A DNA stretch of 64,000 nucleotides from an uncultured Gemmataceae bacterium (GTDB lineage: Bacteria; Planctomycetota; Planctomycetia; Gemmatales; Gemmataceae): assembly GCA_963701675.1 (NCBI GenBank), contig OY969623.1:6450599-6514598 (forward strand). Reading direction: 5' to 3'. The notes under the pieces are model-generated. The model ran no database searches and was not told where the DNA came from. It saw only the letters and a program-made list of their open reading frames with translations. Positions 59,601 to 64,000 of this stretch are shown here, in pieces (position 1 is the stretch's first letter; every line of letters starts with the position of its first letter). The position numbers and the translations under genes were made by a program.

Positions 59601-60051
59601 CTGTCGCTACCGCGCGAGGCGTGTCGCCTGAGCCATAACTGACCGCGAGCGAAAACGAACCGTCACCGTTGCCCAGTAGGACGCGAACAAGATCCGAGCC
59701 TTCGTTCGTCACCGCGAGATCGAGTTTCGCGTCGCCGTTGAAATCGGCAATGGCGATGCTGTTGGGATCGGTCCCGGCGCTGTAGTCGGTCTTCGGAGTA
59801 AACGAACCGTTGCCGTCACCCAATAGAATGCTCACCGTACTTCCAACGAAGTTGGCGATGGCAAGGTCCGGCGCACCATCGGTATCGAAATCGGCGACAG
59901 CCACCGCACGGGCCTCAACCCCGGCCGTATGTGATGTTGCGCCGAAGAAACTCGGCACGTCGCGACGTTCCAATGCTTCCAAGAATAGCCGCTGTGTCCG
60001 GAACACTTTCGCGAGTCGAGAAATGCTGCGAGTCACCTGAAAGTCCTCCAT
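56620..60051 (-). CDS. giant FG-GAP/VCBS-repeat protein, paralogue 3 (1143 aa)
   Basis: N-terminal 'LFLEALERRDVPSFF'; FG-GAP units; C-terminal 'NAADWPPLPIGDGPG…FATELE'. Confidence 0.8.
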   Translation of the reverse strand: MEDFQVTRSISRLAKVFRTQRLFLEALERRDVPSFFGATSHTAGVEARAVAVADFDTDGAPDLAIANFVGSTVSILLGDGNGSFTPKTDYSAGTDPNSIAIADFNGDAKLDLAVTNEGSDLVRVLLGNGDGSFSLAVSYGSGDTPRAVATADLDGDTITDLVTVNRFSDSISVFLGRGDGTFKPRTDYAAGTFPDAVAVDDWNEDGIADLVVGNYASQVNVLIGTGGGAFASPVSYATSSAVSSVASGDFDNDGNLDLVAANVFQPSLVSLFRGTGTGTFQPATHFIAGSNAATIAADDFDNDGNLDFMVANENKQSVTVRLGNGDGTFQPAVSYVAGSSPRGLALADFNADGALDVAVADNYAGSANIMLGLGDGTFRAAHSYVSGHSLAGMLFDDYTADGLKDLVIGRLNDVQVLPGEIAGGFGAPTNYVTRGFGTSLAGGDLSGDGRPDVATVHDVPDGLGTVLLGGGSGLLTSKSYDPDVGNIASPIVADFNQDGIADVAVAGANNAAVYFGVGNGTLAAPAIYNTGGRELASGDFNGDDYPDIVAGNGFGAVSVLLNAGDGTFLPRVTFAAATGTGHVTTGDWNGDGNVDIAAACSSGFMSVLLGNGDGTFMPFVAYAADAGAFQATSADFNGDGSPDVATGNHSANSVSVFLSNGDGTFQAQTSYPAGTNPQSITAGDLNEDGFPDLAMASSSGDPENVVLLINNGDGTFQAAIFIPQFDDVRNVVIGDFDHDGHADLAAVDLGSGNSVPVTIKVFRGNGDATYMPPQKYMIPGEPLWQLTTADLNNDSFLDLVLSDLNPNQIHVVLNTGGVFATHIAFAGGASQSSVAGADFNADGILDLAVTNNQAAGTTSILLGNGNGTFAAPVVKAVGANPVDIVIGHFNGDANLDFAVANKGSGTITVWRGNGAGQFRRPLTVAVAPNLLSITAADMNGDGRLDLIVTSGDASTGNVHVLLAKTNFTFEAPQTIAVGASPSAVVTGDFNNDGTPDMAVVNNVIAGKIQVLIGNGDGTLQSPLTYVSGFNPAAILVSDFNSDGWLDIAAGSREGVTVLLNAADWPPLPIGDGPGAFEPPDVGDIASNPQPTRTEGQTFKRAMSASADIPAIPPRLKIAPRHIGRVALVATTDPAFDWFATELE

Positions 60052-60097
60052 TTAGGTTGATGCTTAGTCGCCGTTCTGCGAGCGGCGGCTAAGCCAA

Positions 60098-62464
60098 TTA
60101 GGTCAACTCCGTCGAAAACAAATCCAACGCCCGATCAATCGTTTCAGGATGCGCGATGCGGGCAATATGGCGCGATGCGTAAGTCGTTCGGGGCGTAATC
60201 ACTGCTTCGTGCACGCCTACGGCGCGGTGGTGAACTGTCGGTGTCGTCTCGAGCCGCGTTGGATTGAGGACTGTATCGCCGACAAGGGGTGGCGTGGACG
60301 GCCGCGGCCCGTCGTCGATCGGCAGCGGCGGCCAGTCGGCGGCATTTAGCATAATTGCGATCTTGCCAATGTAGGCGCCGCTGTAGTTACTCGTGGCCAC
60401 GACATCGGGGAACGCATCACCGTTGAAATCAGCGATTGCCAGGTCGTCGCTGTCGGGTTGATACGTTATTCCTGCCTGGAACGTCCCGTCGCCCTTTCCG
60501 AGGAACACGATAGTCCCCGATGCACCGGCAACGGCTAGATCTACGGCGCCGTCCAAATTGAAGTCGGCGACGGTGATTTCAAGCGGATCTTTGCCGGCGG
60601 CGTAACTGACGGGCTGTTGGTATTGGCCGTTTCCGATGCCCAGAACAATACTGATCGTGCCGGACGTCATCCAATTGGCGACGACAAAATCAATGTTGCC
60701 ATCCCGATTGAGGTCCGAAGCCATCATGGAGCGCGGTGAAGGGCCGGCATTATAAACACTCGGCATGTTACCGAATGTGCCATCGCCGCCTCCCCACAGC
60801 ACATGGAATGTCGAAAAAGTATAATGGCTAGTCACAACATCCAAGAAGCCATCGCCGTTGGCGTCCTGTGCCAAAACGCTATTCGGATTATTTTCCGTCG
60901 GATATCTCACTTGAGGCTTGAACGTGCCATTCCCGTTGCCCAACAGCACGCTCACGTCGTCACTGTCACTGTTTGACGTGGCCACATCCAGGCTACCGTC
61001 GCCGTTAAAATCAGCCACCGCGATCGCGTTGGGCCAGTTGCCCACGCTGAATTCGGTCCTTGGTCTCAACGTGCCGTCGCCGTTGCCTAAGAATAGGCTG
61101 ACTTTCGCTATCTCCGTGTTCGCAATCACTACGTCGAGGACGGCATCGCCATCAAAATCCGCCACTTGCAAATCGGTTGGACTGTTTCCCGGCGCGTATG
61201 ATACGGGGGACATGAGAATGCCGCCGGCTTGTGCGATGAAGACGTATAACAGGTCGTTTGAGCGGTCGGACACAATCAGGTCGCTGTCGCCGTCGCCGTC
61301 CATATCAGCGGCGGCGACGTCTTCCGGCGCCTCAACCACGGCGGTGGACGCGATGGCGGCGAAGGCACCGGCGGTTAGCGTACGCAGGACGGTTACGGTG
61401 TTATCACCGGAGTTGGCAGTAACTACGTCTTCCTTGCCATCGCCGTCAACGTCAGCAGTCGTCGCCGCCGCCGGTCTCTGACCGACCACGTAGGCTTCAC
61501 CGATTCGGAAAGTTCCGTCGCCGTTACCCAGCAACAACCCCATAGTGCCGGGATAGGTCCAATCGAAATTACTGACCGTCACATCTTGGTTGCCGTCAGC
61601 GTTGAAGTCGCTCATCGCGATGCAAACGGGTTCCTCGTCAACGAGCGTGGTGAGCGCCGGCTGAAACGTGCCATCGCCATTGCCTAACAAGGTGCTCAGT
61701 GTGGCGGTGTCTTCGTTGGGTACGGCGAAGTCGGGAATCGCGTCGTTGTTGAAGTCTCCGATTTGCAAGGCCGACGCGTATCCATTGGTTGCAAAAGAAG
61801 TCGGAGCGCCAAACGTGCCGTTGCCGTTATTCAACGACACCGTCACATGCTTGAAAAAGGTATTGGCTACGACCAGATCGGGGTGACCGTCATCGTTGAA
61901 ATCCGCAGCCGTTATGAATTCCGGACCGGCGCCGACCGGTAGGCTGCCTGACAGTTGTAATTGGCCGGAACCTTGGTTCAAAAGGATGCTGATGGTCCCG
62001 TAATCGTCTGCCGTGGCGACATCCAAATCGCCGTCGCCGTCAAGATCTGCTCCAGTTACGGCACTCGTGCCTAGGCCGGCTGCGAAGCTGACGGGACGTC
62101 GGAACACACCGGTCCCGGATCCCCGCAACAAGCTAACATTGTTGGTGCCGGAGTTGGCCACGACGACATCGACTTTACCGTCGCCGGTGAAATCACCGAG
62201 CGCGAGCGAAGTTGGATCGTTGCCACCCGTCAAAAAACCCTTCGGGGCTGAGTAGGCGCCGCCTGTATTCAGCAGTACGCTTACTGCACCCGGTTTGGAC
62301 TTGTGGGTCACGATTAGATCGCTGAGCCCGTCGCCATTCACGTCGGCCGCCGCCAGCGCGGAAGGCGATAGCCCGATGGGGAAGGCGGGCGCGGTGACGA
62401 AGCTCGGCAGGCCCCGCCGTTCTAAGGCTTCCAAAGCCAATCGTCTGCTGCGAACGCGAGTCAT
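60098..62464 (-). CDS. FG-GAP/VCBS-repeat protein, paralogue 4 (788 aa)
   Basis: N-terminal 'LALEALERRGLPSF'; FG-GAP units; C-terminal 'NAADWPPLPIDDGPR…FSTELT'. Confidence 0.8.
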   Translation of the reverse strand: MTRVRSRRLALEALERRGLPSFVTAPAFPIGLSPSALAAADVNGDGLSDLIVTHKSKPGAVSVLLNTGGAYSAPKGFLTGGNDPTSLALGDFTGDGKVDVVVANSGTNNVSLLRGSGTGVFRRPVSFAAGLGTSAVTGADLDGDGDLDVATADDYGTISILLNQGSGQLQLSGSLPVGAGPEFITAADFNDDGHPDLVVANTFFKHVTVSLNNGNGTFGAPTSFATNGYASALQIGDFNNDAIPDFAVPNEDTATLSTLLGNGDGTFQPALTTLVDEEPVCIAMSDFNADGNQDVTVSNFDWTYPGTMGLLLGNGDGTFRIGEAYVVGQRPAAATTADVDGDGKEDVVTANSGDNTVTVLRTLTAGAFAAIASTAVVEAPEDVAAADMDGDGDSDLIVSDRSNDLLYVFIAQAGGILMSPVSYAPGNSPTDLQVADFDGDAVLDVVIANTEIAKVSLFLGNGDGTLRPRTEFSVGNWPNAIAVADFNGDGSLDVATSNSDSDDVSVLLGNGNGTFKPQVRYPTENNPNSVLAQDANGDGFLDVVTSHYTFSTFHVLWGGGDGTFGNMPSVYNAGPSPRSMMASDLNRDGNIDFVVANWMTSGTISIVLGIGNGQYQQPVSYAAGKDPLEITVADFNLDGAVDLAVAGASGTIVFLGKGDGTFQAGITYQPDSDDLAIADFNGDAFPDVVATSNYSGAYIGKIAIMLNAADWPPLPIDDGPRPSTPPLVGDTVLNPTRLETTPTVHHRAVGVHEAVITPRTTYASRHIARIAHPETIDRALDLFSTELT

Positions 62465-62490
62465 AGGTGTGCTTCCTTTCTGAGCGGCGA

Positions 62491-63927
62491 GAGATATTCT
62501 CGAATGATGGGTTCTAGTTGAGAGGGAAAAGGCGGCGTATCCTGCTGGTGATTTGGATTTACTTCATCAGCTGACCCAACGAGGATACGCCATGAACGAG
62601 ACTACGGCATTCAGTATTGAAAAACCAGAGGTTGGTTCCGTGGATCTGGAAGTGGCCCACTTCCGCGAGCGATTCGAAGGGCGCCGGCTTCTCGATGAGG
62701 TGGTCCACCACGGCGCTCAGCAGATGCTCCAAAAGGCCATTGAGGCCGAGGTCCAGGAGTTTCTCCAGGAGCACCATGGGCGGCGCGATGGCAGAGGTAA
62801 TCGCCTGGTCGTTGGCAACGGTCGCAAGCCGACGCGCAAGATCGTGACCGGCGCCGGCGTGTTGGAGATTCAGCAGCCACGCGTGCGGGACAACTCGCCG
62901 AACCGGGACGAGCGGGTGCAGTTCAGCTCGGCACTGTTGCCTCCGTACCTTCGGCGCAGCAAAGCGATCGAGGAGTTCATTCCCTGGCTTTACCTCAAAG
63001 GGATTTCCACGGGAGATTTTTCGGAGGTGCTCCAGTCGCTGTTGGGCGAATCTGCCAAGGGGCTGAGTCCGAATGTGATCGTTCGTCTCAAGGAACAGTG
63101 GACCACGGAGTACGACGAATGGAATCGGCGTGACCTCAGCGGCAAATCGTACGTCTACATTTGGGCCGATGGCATCTACGTCAACGTGCGCCTCGAAGAC
63201 ACGGAAAAAAAGCGGCAGTGCATGCTGGTGCTCATGGGCGCGACTGCGGACGGTCACAAAGAACTGATCGCGGTCATGGATGGCTATCGCGAGAGCGAGC
63301 AGAGTTGGTATGAGCTGCTCGTCGATCTGAAGCAACGTGGGTTAACGCTGACCCCGCAGTTGGCGACGGGTGATGGCGCCTTGGGATTCTGGGCGGCCCT
63401 TCGCAAGGTATATCCGGAGACACGGGAACAACGTTGCTGGGTGCACAAGACGGCCAATGTTCTCAACAAGATGCCCCGGAGTGTGCAGCCCCGAGCCAAG
63501 GCTGATCTCCATGAAATCTGGTTGGCGGAGACGCGGGAAGCGGCCAACCAAGCGTTCGACAAGTTCCTCGCCAAATATCAGGCGAAGTACGAAGAAGCCT
63601 GGGAATGCTTGCGGAAGGACCGTGAGGTGTTGTTGGCCTTCTACGACTTCCCGGCGGAGCACTGGAAACATCTGCGAACGACGAATCCGATCGAATCGAC
63701 ATTCGCGACGATTCGTCTTCGCCACCGAAGAACGAAAGGGAGCGGTACGCGGAAAACGAGCTTAGCGATGATGTTCAAGTTGGCCCAGGCCGCTCAAAAG
63801 CGATGGCGACGGCTCAATGGCCATGAGCACCTGGCACCGCTTCTTCAAGGAAAGATTTTTGTCGACGGAGTATTGCAGGAAGCCGCCTGATCCCGGATTC
63901 CTGGAACCCAAGATTTGACAATATCTC
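62491..63927 (+). mobile_element. IS256-family insertion sequence (about 1.44 kb) with imperfect terminal inverted repeats and a 9-bp target-site duplication GAGCGGCGA
   Basis: IRL gagatattctcgaatgatgggttc (62491-62514) against the reverse complement of IRR gagatattgtcaaatcttgggttc (63903-63927); direct repeats at 62482-62490 and 63928-63936. Confidence 0.75.
62592..63890 (+). CDS. IS256-family (mutator-type) transposase
   Basis: '…YVYIWADGIY…CMLVLMGATADGHKELIAV…QRCWVHKTANVLNKMP…' matches the Transposase_mut DDE signature blocks. Confidence 0.85.
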   Translation: MNETTAFSIEKPEVGSVDLEVAHFRERFEGRRLLDEVVHHGAQQMLQKAIEAEVQEFLQEHHGRRDGRGNRLVVGNGRKPTRKIVTGAGVLEIQQPRVRDNSPNRDERVQFSSALLPPYLRRSKAIEEFIPWLYLKGISTGDFSEVLQSLLGESAKGLSPNVIVRLKEQWTTEYDEWNRRDLSGKSYVYIWADGIYVNVRLEDTEKKRQCMLVLMGATADGHKELIAVMDGYRESEQSWYELLVDLKQRGLTLTPQLATGDGALGFWAALRKVYPETREQRCWVHKTANVLNKMPRSVQPRAKADLHEIWLAETREAANQAFDKFLAKYQAKYEEAWECLRKDREVLLAFYDFPAEHWKHLRTTNPIESTFATIRLRHRRTKGSGTRKTSLAMMFKLAQAAQKRWRRLNGHEHLAPLLQGKIFVDGVLQEAA

Positions 63928-64000
63928 GAGCGGCGATCGCTAGCCCGCTTTAGCGTCACCGTTTCAATCCCAATCCGCCGTGATCAAAATCGAGGAATGG

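Noticed and set aside
53142-62464. Periodic roughly 150-200-nt repetition that could be mistaken for a CRISPR-like or satellite array
   Set aside because: The periodicity is the protein-level FG-GAP repeat. The units vary in length and are translated, and no spacer-repeat structure is present.
62559-63335. 258-aa minus-strand ORF inside the IS256 transposase
   Set aside because: Antisense shadow of the transposase.

Overview
This is a high-GC chromosomal segment that looks planctomycete. The evidence is a tandem array of giant FG-GAP beta-propeller genes, many Hanks-type Ser/Thr kinases, an ECF sigma factor, DUF1080, and ThuA-like and BlaI/BlaR1-like modules.

Housekeeping genes include a PFOR C-terminal fragment, clpS, glgB, metG, obg, coaX, mnmE, two HtrA-type proteases, a P450, an NfeD-flotillin pair, a sugar transferase and an IS256-family insertion with an intact 9-bp target-site duplication.

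Beyond ordinary genes, three things stand out:
- A family of heptanucleotide-tandem-repeat palindromes, (H)n-loop-(H')n with a different 7-mer at each locus. One is inserted in frame, as exactly 31 codons, into the catalytic core of a Ser/Thr kinase. Two others sit flush against gene ends, including directly on the obg start. A related (GGATGAA)4 tandem array encodes a signal peptide.
- A roughly 12-kb head-to-tail array of four paralogous FG-GAP giants. They share a non-canonical N-terminal 'LEALERRxxPSF' motif, a conserved C-terminal 'NAADWPPLPIxDGPG...TEL[ET]' module, and near-identical DNA blocks across paralogues.
- Five genes are broken by indels: a lectin-lipase, an M56-S41 fusion with a 10-bp duplication, a carbamoyltransferase (twice), and the first FG-GAP gene.

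No rRNA, convincing tRNA or CRISPR array was seen.
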